Assembly (NCBI GenBank): GCA_009922615.1
Contig: RFVF01000003.1
Coordinates: forward strand, 13,069-77,068
DNA length: 64,000 nucleotides
Source of the DNA: Pseudomonadota bacterium
Lineage (GTDB): Bacteria; Verrucomicrobiota; Verrucomicrobiia; Limisphaerales; SXTU01
Direction: 5' to 3'
This document shows, in pieces, positions 1-8,476 of this stretch; the first letter of the stretch is position 1; every line of letters starts with the position of its first letter. Made by a program: the position numbers and the translations under genes. The notes under the pieces were generated by a model. It worked only from the letters and a program-made list of their open reading frames with translations. It made no database searches and was not told where the DNA came from.

Positions 1-1374
1 CTTCAGCATGAGTGAGCTGGTGCCCGGCTCGGGGCCGGGCACAATCTCCGGGTAAATCTGCCGGTCCTGATTCAGGTTCGCGCGGTCCAGCTCGGGATTG
101 AACCACTGAAGCTGGATGAACTGATTCGTGCGCAAACTGGGCAGCGCGGCCATCACGTTGTTCGAGCTGAAATAGCGGTTGCCGCTGACATTGATCTCGA
201 CCAAGCGCCCTTCTGTCACCTGGAGATACACGACGCCGTTGGTGATTTTCTGCGGCGGGAGCGCCGTGCTCACGGTCACGTAGCCTTCGCGGCGGTAGGC
301 GAGGTTCAAGGTCTTTTGCGCCAGCAGCACTTGCTCCACCGTCACCGCCGGGCCGATGAAATTGGTCAGGAGATTGGCGATCTTTTCGGGCGGCAACAGC
401 GTGTTCCCCGCGACCTCGTAGCGCCTTACGTTGAATGTCGGCTTGGCGGGCGCGTTAGTGCTCGCCGCAGTGGTCGCAGGCGGCGCATTCGTCGGTGCAG
501 CGGCCCACGCCGTAAGGCTCAACCACATTGCGGCGAGTCCGGCGATGACGGTGGTTTTGGTGCGTCCGGCGGGTTTGGCGGCCCGTTGCCGCCACTCGGA
601 AGGCGTGGTGCCGAACTGGCGTTTGAACATGCGGTTGAATTGGCCCACGTTGTTGAAGCCGCTCTCCATTGCCGTGTGAATGACCTTACTGTTGGACTCG
701 CGGAGCAACTCCTTCGCGCGATCCAAGCGGAAGAAAATCTTCTTGGTGCGGAAGTTCACACCGAAATGGTTCTGAAACAAACGGCTAAAGTGCCGCTCGC
801 TGCACCCGCACATTCGCGCTAGCTCGCCTAACGTGTGATCGTGCAGCTCCGACTCGGACATCTTGCGGAGCAACAGCAGAAAGCGGTCGTGCGAGTCCTT
901 GGACTCGGGCACGGGCTCAATGGTGTCGAGCTCTTCGCCCAGCGCCAGGCCCGCCAGCCGCAGCAAGGCCGCGCGCCGCACCAGCTCGTTCGCGGGCTTG
1001 GTCACCCGACAAACTTCGGCGAACTCTGCCGCGAGCGGATGCGTCGCTTCCAGCACGCGTGGCGCGGCGACTAGGCGGTTGGTGATCTGGGTCAACAAAC
1101 CTTGCTCCGCCATCGTGAGCAAACCGCCAAGCAGTTCCGGCCGGACGTAGAAGTATTGCAATTCCGCAGTCTGCAACTGGCTCGCGCGGAATCTCACGCC
1201 CCCCTGATTGGCAAATTCCACCACCGAGCCGACCGTCAACTCCCGCCCGAGGTTTTTGCCCAGCAGGTAGCCTCCGCTGGCCCGACAAAAGCCCAGGCCG
1301 GGCTGATCCGGAGACCACTCCGTTCCCAATGGGAGCGGAATCGTCAGCAAGGTCAGGCTCGGACAACACGTCAT
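1..1374 (-). CDS. AraC-family HTH regulator ORF that continues in frame, with no stop, into a signal-peptide-like segment and a ShlB/FhaC-type POTRA domain (3' end runs off the window)
   Basis: Absent from the ORF track because no stop lies inside the window. Manual minus-strand translation from ATG at 1374 gives the AraC HTH signature (HDHTLGELARMCGCSERHFSRLFQNHFG ... ESGFNNVGQFNRMFKRQFGTTPSEWR, about 590-860). This is followed by RTKTTVIAGLAAMWLSLTAWAAAP and then FNVRRYEVAGNTLLPPEKI...YRREGYVTVSTALPPQKITNGVVYLQVTEGRLVEINVSGN, a TpsB POTRA pattern. I checked this frame codon by codon from 1446 to 1 and found no stop. Confidence 0.7.
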   Translation of the reverse strand, partial: MTCCPSLTLLTIPLPLGTEWSPDQPGLGFCRASGGYLLGKNLGRELTVGSVVEFANQGGVRFRASQLQTAELQYFYVRPELLGGLLTMAEQGLLTQITNRLVAAPRVLEATHPLAAEFAEVCRVTKPANELVRRAALLRLAGLALGEELDTIEPVPESKDSHDRFLLLLRKMSESELHDHTLGELARMCGCSERHFSRLFQNHFGVNFRTKKIFFRLDRAKELLRESNSKVIHTAMESGFNNVGQFNRMFKRQFGTTPSEWRQRAAKPAGRTKTTVIAGLAAMWLSLTAWAAAPTNAPPATTAASTNAPAKPTFNVRRYEVAGNTLLPPEKIANLLTNFIGPAVTVEQVLLAQKTLNLAYRREGYVTVSTALPPQKITNGVVYLQVTEGRLVEINVSGNRYFSSNNVMAALPSLRTNQFIQLQWFNPELDRANLNQDRQIYPEIVPGPEPGTSSLMLK

Positions 1375-1499
1375 AGGCCGAGCAGGTTTAGGTCTGAATG
1401 TTACTATCAGTTGTCCATTGTGCGACGAATGGGAAAAGCCTGCGTGCTACCGACAAGTTTAGCTTCTCCTTACGGGTATTTTATTACCTGAATGTGGTT

Positions 1500-2276
1500 A
1501 TGAATCGTCTGTGGCTAAGTTCTCTGCTGGGTAATATCATCTTGTCCGGTTTGGCATTATATCTTTGGTCGATTAACCGAACATCTCACCGTCCCCCCCA
1601 ACCCGTCGCCACCGTGGGGCTCCAGCCTGCCGCTGTGCCCATGGCACCGTTTCATTGGCAGCAACTAGAATCGCCCTCTTACCCCGACTACATCGCCAAT
1701 CTCCGGCGCGTTGGTTGTCCCGAGCAAACCATCAGCGACATCATCAGTGCCGATCTGGCCAGCCTGTTTGCTACTCGCAGGGCAACAGCCACCGCCCAGA
1801 CGGCGGACCCCGCTGAGCGCGCCCGGCTTATGGCGGCCTTGGAACGTGAGGAATACGCAGTCCGGCAGCGGTTGCTCGCCCCCCCGGCGCACGCCGTGGC
1901 TGCGCCGCCAGCTCGGCCTGCCACGCGACGTCAGCCAGTGACGTCGGCCCCGTCGCCCGCTCTGGAGCCGGCGGATAACGCGAGTTTGATCGCCCGACTC
2001 AACGAGCGTGGCGACTCACTGGCGCAATTGCAGCAACTCTACCAAAGCCTCCAGCCCAGCGAGGTCGAGCTTACTCTGATTCAGGACTTGAGCCGACAGC
2101 TCCACGACGACTTCGGCACCGCCCCGTCCACGCCTGACCCGCAGTGGGACCAGCGCCGCTGCGCTGCCATTCAAGACAGTGAAGACCTTCTCCGCTCTCT
2201 ACTCGGCTATCAACGCTACAATGAATTTCTCCGTGACGCCGTCGCCCGGCAGACGCCTGGACCACCCAAGCCATGA
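1500..2276 (+). CDS. hypothetical membrane-anchored protein
   Basis: ORF 1398..2276. ATG at 1500 gives MNRLWLSSLLGNIILSGLALYLW (an N-terminal TM helix), followed by a Pro/Ala-rich linker. No family recognised. Confidence 0.6.
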   Translation: MNRLWLSSLLGNIILSGLALYLWSINRTSHRPPQPVATVGLQPAAVPMAPFHWQQLESPSYPDYIANLRRVGCPEQTISDIISADLASLFATRRATATAQTADPAERARLMAALEREEYAVRQRLLAPPAHAVAAPPARPATRRQPVTSAPSPALEPADNASLIARLNERGDSLAQLQQLYQSLQPSEVELTLIQDLSRQLHDDFGTAPSTPDPQWDQRRCAAIQDSEDLLRSLLGYQRYNEFLRDAVARQTPGPPKP

Positions 2277-2499
2277 CTCGCCCGCGCGCCTAGCCCATCG
2301 GCGGGCTGCACCACCTTACAACTCAGTGACAAAACCCGCCGCCGAGCGTCCCTTCGCGTCCGCGTCCCGGAATTTCCGCAGCAAACCACGGTATCACTCA
2401 TGTCGGATAACGCCTACTCAATGGCTGATTGAGCGATGCTCTCAATTTTCCAGCCCGCTACCATCGCGCCGGTTTATAAGTTGAACCGGAACGATTCGT

Positions 2500-3816
2500 A
2501 TGTGGAAACAATTCGCCAAGTTAATATCTATGCTCGGTCTTACCGGCCTGCTGACCGCCGGAGCCACCACGGCCACGGCTGGGCCCTTTGCCTACACGAT
2601 GAAGGACCTCATGCTGTGCTTCCGCAAAGTCGGCGGCACTTCTGACTTGGAGGTCAACCTCGGCCAGGCTTCCATCTACTACAACGCCACGCCCGGCGCG
2701 ATCTTCACCATCACTAATTTCACCGCTGGGCAGTTGACCAGCGCCTTTGGTAGCTCGTATGCCAACGTCAGTTGGTCCGTCTCCGGCGGGGTCAACATCG
2801 CGGGCGACCCCAATGCCCCGCGCAACACCCTCTGGCTTTCCGCCCCGCGCACCGACCCCGCGGTGCAGAGCCTCCCCTGGCTCACCGGCTCAATCGCCGC
2901 CCAAGGCAACACTGTCTCCCCAGTCTTGACCGTGGGCTCGACCGCTGCCAGTTACAGCAGCAGCGTGGCCGCAGGGGCGAATAACACCGCCACGGCGGTC
3001 ATCATCCCGGATGGCAACCTGCAAAGCTACCACGCCACGATCGGCGATAACGGCGACTTCGGTGCCTTCCAGGGTAACATTGAGAACACCACTCCCACCC
3101 CGTTCACCGGCAGCGGCAACTTCGTCCGCTCGGACCTCTACACGCTCAAGCCCAATGGCACGGCCATCTTCCTCGGCTACTTCGACCTCTTTGCCAACGG
3201 CACCATGACCTTCACCGCCGCCGGGGGGGTGGTCGTCCCGCCGCCCACCATTGCCATTGCCAACACCTCGGTGCTCATCGCCACCAACGGCACCTCCAAC
3301 GCCGTCTTCACCGTTACCCTCTCCACCAACTCTTCTAGTGCCGTGTCCGTTGACTACTTCACCGCGAATGGCACCGCTTTGGCTGGCACCGACTACACCA
3401 GCACCACCGGCACGCTGAACTTCCCGGCGGGCACGACTAATCTCACCATTACCGTCCCCGCGCTTGGCCGCCCCACGTATAAGAACACCGTGAACTTCAC
3501 CGTGCAACTGGCCAACCCTGTCAATGCCACCCTGGGCACCAGCTCGGCTATGGGCACGATCGTGGATGCCTTCCTTCCCCCCGTCACCACCGGCGCCTTC
3601 GCACTGGCGAACCAGACGGCCACCCTGTCCTTCTCCTCGTTTGCCGGGGTGAGCTACACCCTGCGCTATACGAACTTTGCAGGCCTGCGCTCCCCCGTCA
3701 GCACGTGGGCCACGGCGGCAGGCAGCGTCACCGGCAACGGCGAAACGCTCACGCTCAACGACAGCACGCCAGACCCTGGCCGCATCTACGTGCTCCAAGC
3801 CACACGCATCCCTTAA
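2500..3816 (+). CDS. secreted protein with an unknown N-terminal domain plus a Calx-beta domain
   Basis: Signal peptide MWKQFAKLISMLGLTGLLTAGATTATA. Calx-beta-like block VDYFTANGTALAGTDYTSTTGTLNFPAGTTNLTITVP. The N-terminal 220 aa are paralogous to ORF 6140..6955. Confidence 0.75.
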   Translation: MWKQFAKLISMLGLTGLLTAGATTATAGPFAYTMKDLMLCFRKVGGTSDLEVNLGQASIYYNATPGAIFTITNFTAGQLTSAFGSSYANVSWSVSGGVNIAGDPNAPRNTLWLSAPRTDPAVQSLPWLTGSIAAQGNTVSPVLTVGSTAASYSSSVAAGANNTATAVIIPDGNLQSYHATIGDNGDFGAFQGNIENTTPTPFTGSGNFVRSDLYTLKPNGTAIFLGYFDLFANGTMTFTAAGGVVVPPPTIAIANTSVLIATNGTSNAVFTVTLSTNSSSAVSVDYFTANGTALAGTDYTSTTGTLNFPAGTTNLTITVPALGRPTYKNTVNFTVQLANPVNATLGTSSAMGTIVDAFLPPVTTGAFALANQTATLSFSSFAGVSYTLRYTNFAGLRSPVSTWATAAGSVTGNGETLTLNDSTPDPGRIYVLQATRIP

Positions 3817-3872
3817 GCCTCGGCGCTAAGGCGGACGGTCTCGTGTCAGCCAGCTTGCCGCCCCTGCCCGTA

Positions 3873-4643
3873 ATGCTCCGCCAGCTCACTCGCACGGACC
3901 CCACGGCCCTTTTCGGCCGCCTCCTGCGACTGCCCTTGCGCCTCGTGCCGCGCGGCCTTGTCGTCCGCATCCCCACCGGCCTTAACCGGGGTTCCCGGTG
4001 GATCGTCGGCTCGGCCATCCACCGCTGCTGGCTGGGCACCTATGAGAGCGAGAAGCAAGACTTCGTCGCCCGTTTGGTCAAGCCCGGTAGCACCATTTGG
4101 GACATCGGGGCCAACGTAGGCTTTTACACCCTCGCCTTTGCCCGCCTCACGGGCCCCACAGGCAGAGTTCTCGCCTTCGAGCCGCTGGCCGCCAACGCCG
4201 CTTTCCTCCTCCGCCACCTGGAGCTCAATGCGGTCACCAACGTCCAGTTGCTTCAAGTCGCGCTCTACGGCGCCACGGACCTGCTGGGCTTCAGTGCCAC
4301 CGGGGCCAGCGCTGTGGGAATGCTAGCGGGTCGCGGCTTATCCTACCTCGTGCCTGCGTTAAGCCCGGCGGCGGTTCTGGCCGCGCTGCCGAACGCCGGC
4401 CCACAGTTACTCAAGCTAGACATCGAAGGGGCGGAAGGTGCCGTGCTCACCGCGTTCCAGCCGATCTTGGAGCAATATTCCCCGGACATCCTCCTCGCCT
4501 TGCATGGTCGAGCGCAGGAGGAGCAATGCGTGCGGCTACTCCGTGACATCGGTTACACGCTCACTTATCTGGATGGCCAGCCGGTGGTGCACAATCGGCC
4601 CCTAAGCAGCGATGAAATCTTCGCCACGCGCCCCAGCCGTTGA
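3873..4643 (+). CDS. FkbM-family SAM-dependent methyltransferase
   Basis: ORF 3705..4643. Plausible start is ATG 3873 (or GTG 3843). Motifs IWDIGANVGFYTLAFA, VLAFEP and LLKLDIEGAEGAVL are typical of FkbM methyltransferases. Confidence 0.8.
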   Translation: MLRQLTRTDPTALFGRLLRLPLRLVPRGLVVRIPTGLNRGSRWIVGSAIHRCWLGTYESEKQDFVARLVKPGSTIWDIGANVGFYTLAFARLTGPTGRVLAFEPLAANAAFLLRHLELNAVTNVQLLQVALYGATDLLGFSATGASAVGMLAGRGLSYLVPALSPAAVLAALPNAGPQLLKLDIEGAEGAVLTAFQPILEQYSPDILLALHGRAQEEQCVRLLRDIGYTLTYLDGQPVVHNRPLSSDEIFATRPSR

Positions 4644-4777
4644 GGCTGGGTGTATGATAAATATCCCTCGCTCCGATTCACGTTAATTGGGGGTAGCGAG
4701 AACTTTGGCGACGGATAGGCCGCTCGCGTTTGCCGGACCAATTCAGTGATGGGATCAGCCGCCCGGGCGCTGAAGAC

Positions 4778-4808
4778 AAAAAAACAGCGCGGGCTGACGC
4801 CCGCGCTG
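4778..4808 (-). terminator. rho-independent terminator of gene 4833..6065
   Basis: Perfect 10-bp stem cagcgcgggc / gcccgcgctg (4785-4794 and 4799-4808) with a 4-nt loop. It is followed on the minus strand by a T7 run (A7 at 4778-4784), 25 nt after the stop. Confidence 0.8.
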
Positions 4809-4832
4809 TCGTGAAACGAAGGACTCGTTGCC

Positions 4833-6065
4833 TTAATATCGCTGGGCGATCGGGCCGCCGTCCACGGAACGGGAGACGTTCATCGATGAGGCGGGGATGC
4901 CGATCAGGGTGGTGCCGGTGCCGAGGTTGGCCGGGATGGCCCCGACGATGTTGGCCTTGAGGGTGGTCAAGTTGGCGTTGATTCCGGACTTGTTGTAGAA
5001 GTGCTCGTAGCTCCAGAGGGTGTAGGAGCCGTTCTGCACGGCGTTGGTGCTGAACGGCGTGCCGTCGTAGGTAAGGTTCAACGCGCCAGCGCTGTTGCCG
5101 GTGACGCCGAAGGCATCTTTGACGCCGAGGTATCCGATGGCGTAACCGGTGCCGTAGGTGCTGCCGTCGACTAGGAGGGCTTGGCTGATGTTGTTGCCGA
5201 GGTCGGTTTTGATGCTGGCGCCACCGAGGTAGCCGACGTTCGGGTCAGGCGTGACGATGGTGAAGGCGGCGGTGCTGCCCGGGCCGGCGGTGGCGCTATA
5301 CTTGTAGTTGACGGAGTTCTTCAGCGCGCCGTAGCCGGTGTCGGCGAAGACGGCGGCGCGGGTGCCCGAGCCGTTGTAACGGCCGATGAGGCAGGCGACC
5401 TTGTTCGTGTCGCTGCTAGTGCCAGTGGTGGTGTCACCCGTGATGGAGCCGAGGGAGACGACGCCGTTGGCGAAGAGGTTGATGGCCTGCTGGTGGGTGA
5501 TGTTCGTGAGGTTGGCGGTAGCGCCGTTGTTCTTCACGAAGACGAAGGGCACCACGCCACACGCCAGGGTCTGGAGCGTGGGGGTCTTGTAGATGGTGGT
5601 GGACTGGAACACGTCCGAGAACGCGAAGTCCGCCACGGCGGTGGTGCCGGCATCGCTGAACGAGGTGGTCTGGCTGACCGCCGTGCTCAGGAACGGAAGG
5701 CTATTGCCTTGGGTGAGGTCGCGGATGCCCTCCACGGAGCCGCTCCAGTTGCAATAGATCGTGACGATCTGCGAACCGAACGCGGAGTTCATGGTGCCAC
5801 TGAACGTCATGAAGGCAGCGCCGTTGTAGGTGCTGTCCGACGTGGGGCGGTTGGGTGCTTGGGCGTTGGCGATGGTGGTGAATGGGGCCGCCGTGCTGCT
5901 GGAGGCGTTCACGTTGAATCCGGAGTCGTAGAGCGACGCGATGGCCGCATAGGCCGCCGCGCGGAACGCGGTAGAGCCCGTGATGTATACGCTGAAGTCG
6001 GCTTTAGCCGACGTGGCGAGCAACAGGCTCGCCGCAGCCGTGAGGAATAGTTTATTGATTTTCAT
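4833..6065 (-). CDS. secreted protein, possibly with a PstS-like periplasmic-binding fold
   Basis: Signal peptide MKINKLFLTAAASLLLATSAKA. ITGSTAF, FAFSDV, GSGTR and YTLWSYEH spacing resembles PBP-like_2 domains. Function uncertain. Confidence 0.45.
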   Translation of the reverse strand: MKINKLFLTAAASLLLATSAKADFSVYITGSTAFRAAAYAAIASLYDSGFNVNASSSTAAPFTTIANAQAPNRPTSDSTYNGAAFMTFSGTMNSAFGSQIVTIYCNWSGSVEGIRDLTQGNSLPFLSTAVSQTTSFSDAGTTAVADFAFSDVFQSTTIYKTPTLQTLACGVVPFVFVKNNGATANLTNITHQQAINLFANGVVSLGSITGDTTTGTSSDTNKVACLIGRYNGSGTRAAVFADTGYGALKNSVNYKYSATAGPGSTAAFTIVTPDPNVGYLGGASIKTDLGNNISQALLVDGSTYGTGYAIGYLGVKDAFGVTGNSAGALNLTYDGTPFSTNAVQNGSYTLWSYEHFYNKSGINANLTTLKANIVGAIPANLGTGTTLIGIPASSMNVSRSVDGGPIAQRY

Positions 6066-6139
6066 GGTTAGTGTTCTGAGTTGAGGACCGAATTACAATG
6101 GTGGGAACTGAGGACTGATGTGGATGGAGGCTAGTTGAG

Positions 6140-6955
6140 TTAGGAGGCGGCGAGGCTCTTGCGATGAGCGCGCATGAGGGCGAGGGCCATGAGGCCGGCA
6201 CCGATGGAGGCGGCAAATGTGCCTGACTCAGGCACGGCCACGAAGGACAACGCCCCGGCCTGGCTCAGTTCGAAGTAGCCGAGGTAGGTGCTGGCCCCGT
6301 TGGGCGTGAGCGAGTAGTAGTCCGACCGGGCGACGGAGCCGCCTGAGACGAAGGTCGAGCCGAGGGTGTTTTCAATGTTCCCTTGGAACGTGCCAAAGTC
6401 ACCGTTGGCACCAATGGTGTCAGCGTAGGAGTTGGCCCCGTTGGCGATGACGGCCGCTGTGCTGCTGCCGGCGTTGCCGCTGGCAGCGGCGAAACCGCCT
6501 CCGATCGTCAAAACCGGGCTGACGGTGTTGCCTTGTGCCGTGGTGGAACCGGTGGTCCAAGGTGTGGTCTGGGTGTTGATGTCCGCGCTGTTGATGCCGC
6601 GCGCGCTGGTGAGCCACAGGGTGTTCTTGGCAGCTCCGCTGACCTGGCCGGCAAGGTTGACCGCCGCACTGACGGACCAGATGGCGTTGTTGAGCGTGCC
6701 GGAGCCCGCCGTGCCCACGCCCGCCGTGATGTCGGCCGAGGTGAACTTGCTGCTGAAGGACAGGATTTGGCCTGTGCCTGCGATGTTCAAGATCTGGGTG
6801 ATGGAACCCAGGTCCACTTCCAAGTTGCTGCTCCCGGAGGCGGAGCGGAACCCGAGGAGCATATCTCCGTTGCTGTAAGCTAGCGTCGCCTGTGCGCTTT
6901 GGGCCATAAGCATAGCCCCGGCGCCGGCTAACACCAGCGTGCTGAGTTTCTTCAT
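6140..6955 (-). CDS. PEP-CTERM sorting-domain protein
   Basis: Signal peptide MKKLSTLVLAGAGAMLMAQSAQA. The C-terminus VPESGTFAASIGAGLMALALMRAHRK has the VPE motif, a TM helix and a basic tail (PEP-CTERM signature). The body is paralogous to the N-terminal domain of 2500..3816. Confidence 0.85.
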   Translation of the reverse strand: MKKLSTLVLAGAGAMLMAQSAQATLAYSNGDMLLGFRSASGSSNLEVDLGSITQILNIAGTGQILSFSSKFTSADITAGVGTAGSGTLNNAIWSVSAAVNLAGQVSGAAKNTLWLTSARGINSADINTQTTPWTTGSTTAQGNTVSPVLTIGGGFAAASGNAGSSTAAVIANGANSYADTIGANGDFGTFQGNIENTLGSTFVSGGSVARSDYYSLTPNGASTYLGYFELSQAGALSFVAVPESGTFAASIGAGLMALALMRAHRKSLAAS

Positions 6956-7681
6956 ATTTGTTTCAGTGTGTTGACTAACATTGTTGTGCTAATTCCCGCA
7001 GGGACACTGCGGCTGTGAGCGCCTGCCCACGCAATTCAAGATAGGTGAGGTCACGCAAGGATCGCTGCCGCTTTCAGGACATACAAAGGCGGCATTTGGA
7101 CCTCCCATGGATACGTTGCAACCAATTCAAAAACAGATAGTTGCATCAATTGATAAGGCTTAATGCGAGCCCCCTTAGGCCATTTGTCACCAAGGGGTAA
7201 CTTACGGCTGATTCCGTGGCCTAACGGTGACGGAACGACGCAGAAAACACGGTCCAAGAGCCGGGTTGAGTGTGCGCGCATTGCGTCTTCATGGGCCAGC
7301 CTTCCCCCCCTTCCTCGCGACTACTCTCGCCCCGGCTAACCGAACGCTTTCCGCCATTACCAGAACGCTTGCGATGGTCTAAACTTCTGTCACGACAGCT
7401 AGAACAACTCTTGTAACGGCTGAAATATGCCTTTCGGCCATCGAAACAACTCTGGCCTCCGTCAAAACAATCCAAGCCAGTGCCAAGGTAACCGTTTTCT
7501 AGCAAAACCAACTTTGGGTGAGTTGGTTTCACCCGTCGATTTCGCCTTCCTTCTCCCTCGTAGTAGCGACCGGCCATCTGTCACGGCAATGTAACTCTCT
7601 GAGGCTTCCGTAACGCGGACTTTCCGGCTATGAGAAGGCGCTTATTTCGGCACTGTGCCCAATGTGTTCAAACGAAACTCT

Positions 7682-8476
7682 ATGAAACTCACCAACCTCC
7701 TCGGTTCCTGCCTCGCGCTCGCGTGGGGCGTGACGACGGCCCTGACTCCCGCCTCGGCTTATGCTGCGGACGCCGCCAGCATCACGGTTAAAAATGTCAC
7801 CCCGCGCGCTTGGGCCACCGGCCCAGACGGCAAGAAAGTCAAGCTCACCGCCGGCATGACGTTGCCCGAAGGCTCCCGCATCACCACCAGCGGCAGCGGC
7901 ACGGTGGATGTCTTCCTCGGTGCCGCCGCCGCCACGTTTCAAGTCACCGCCAGCTCCGAGGTGACCATCCAAAAAGCCACCGCCGCCACGGCTGCCAAGC
8001 CCGCTGAAGTGAAAATCACCGTCACTGCGGGCGGCTTGGTCGGCAACACCATGGCGATGAAGGCTGACACGCAGTTCGCGGTCGTCACGCCCAAGGGCGA
8101 ACTGACGGTCAAACCCTCCGAGTTCGCGCTCACGCCGGAAGGCAGCGTCGTGGTGAAATCAGGCAGCGTGGAAGTGAAGACCGCCGTCGTGCAAAACGGC
8201 CAGACCGTCGCCAAAACCACCACCGTGGCGGCCAATCAGGAATTCACCCCCGCGTCTACCACCGGCGGGAATGGCAGCGCCCCCGTCGTGCAAACCACGC
8301 CGCCCGAAGTCAAAGCGGCCTTGGAACAAAAGTTCACGGAAGTCGCCAAGGTGGAAGCGAGCGGCACCACTGGCGGCGGCACCACTGGCGGCGGCACCAC
8401 CGGCGGCGGCACCGGCGGCGGCGTGACCTTGACCTCGACCCTCAAAGCCCTTGGCGACAAGAACAGCAACCCGTAG
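7682..8476 (+). CDS. secreted FecR-domain-like protein with a Gly/Thr repeat tail
   Basis: ORF 7655..8476. ATG 7682 gives MKLTNLLGSCLALAWGVTTALTPASAYA. KVKLTAGMTLPEGSRITTSGSGTVDVFLG resembles a FecR sensor domain. C-terminal (TTGGG)3. Confidence 0.5.
   Translation: MKLTNLLGSCLALAWGVTTALTPASAYAADAASITVKNVTPRAWATGPDGKKVKLTAGMTLPEGSRITTSGSGTVDVFLGAAAATFQVTASSEVTIQKATAATAAKPAEVKITVTAGGLVGNTMAMKADTQFAVVTPKGELTVKPSEFALTPEGSVVVKSGSVEVKTAVVQNGQTVAKTTTVAANQEFTPASTTGGNGSAPVVQTTPPEVKAALEQKFTEVAKVEASGTTGGGTTGGGTTGGGTGGGVTLTSTLKALGDKNSNP
8366..8422 (+). repeat. 15-nt tandem repeat (acc act ggc ggc ggc) x3 plus a partial copy, coding TTGGG repeats
   Basis: Read directly in the sequence at 8366-8422. Confidence 0.9.

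Noticed and set aside
316-1369. Track ORFs 316..822, 431..679, 835..1074, 863..1150 and 917..1369.
   Set aside because: All overlap the manually translated AraC/POTRA minus-strand frame, which has strong family signatures. Their own translations are Arg-rich junk.
7471-7486. Sigma-54-like element TTGGCAC-N5-TTGGA on the minus strand upstream of the PEP-CTERM gene.
   Set aside because: The -12 element lacks the essential GC (GG instead), and the site is more than 500 nt from the start codon. It cannot be supported.
7221-7577. 118-aa minus-strand ORF in the long intergenic region.
   Set aside because: It has an odd composition, no recognisable family and sits in a lower-GC repeat-containing region. 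It is more likely non-coding.
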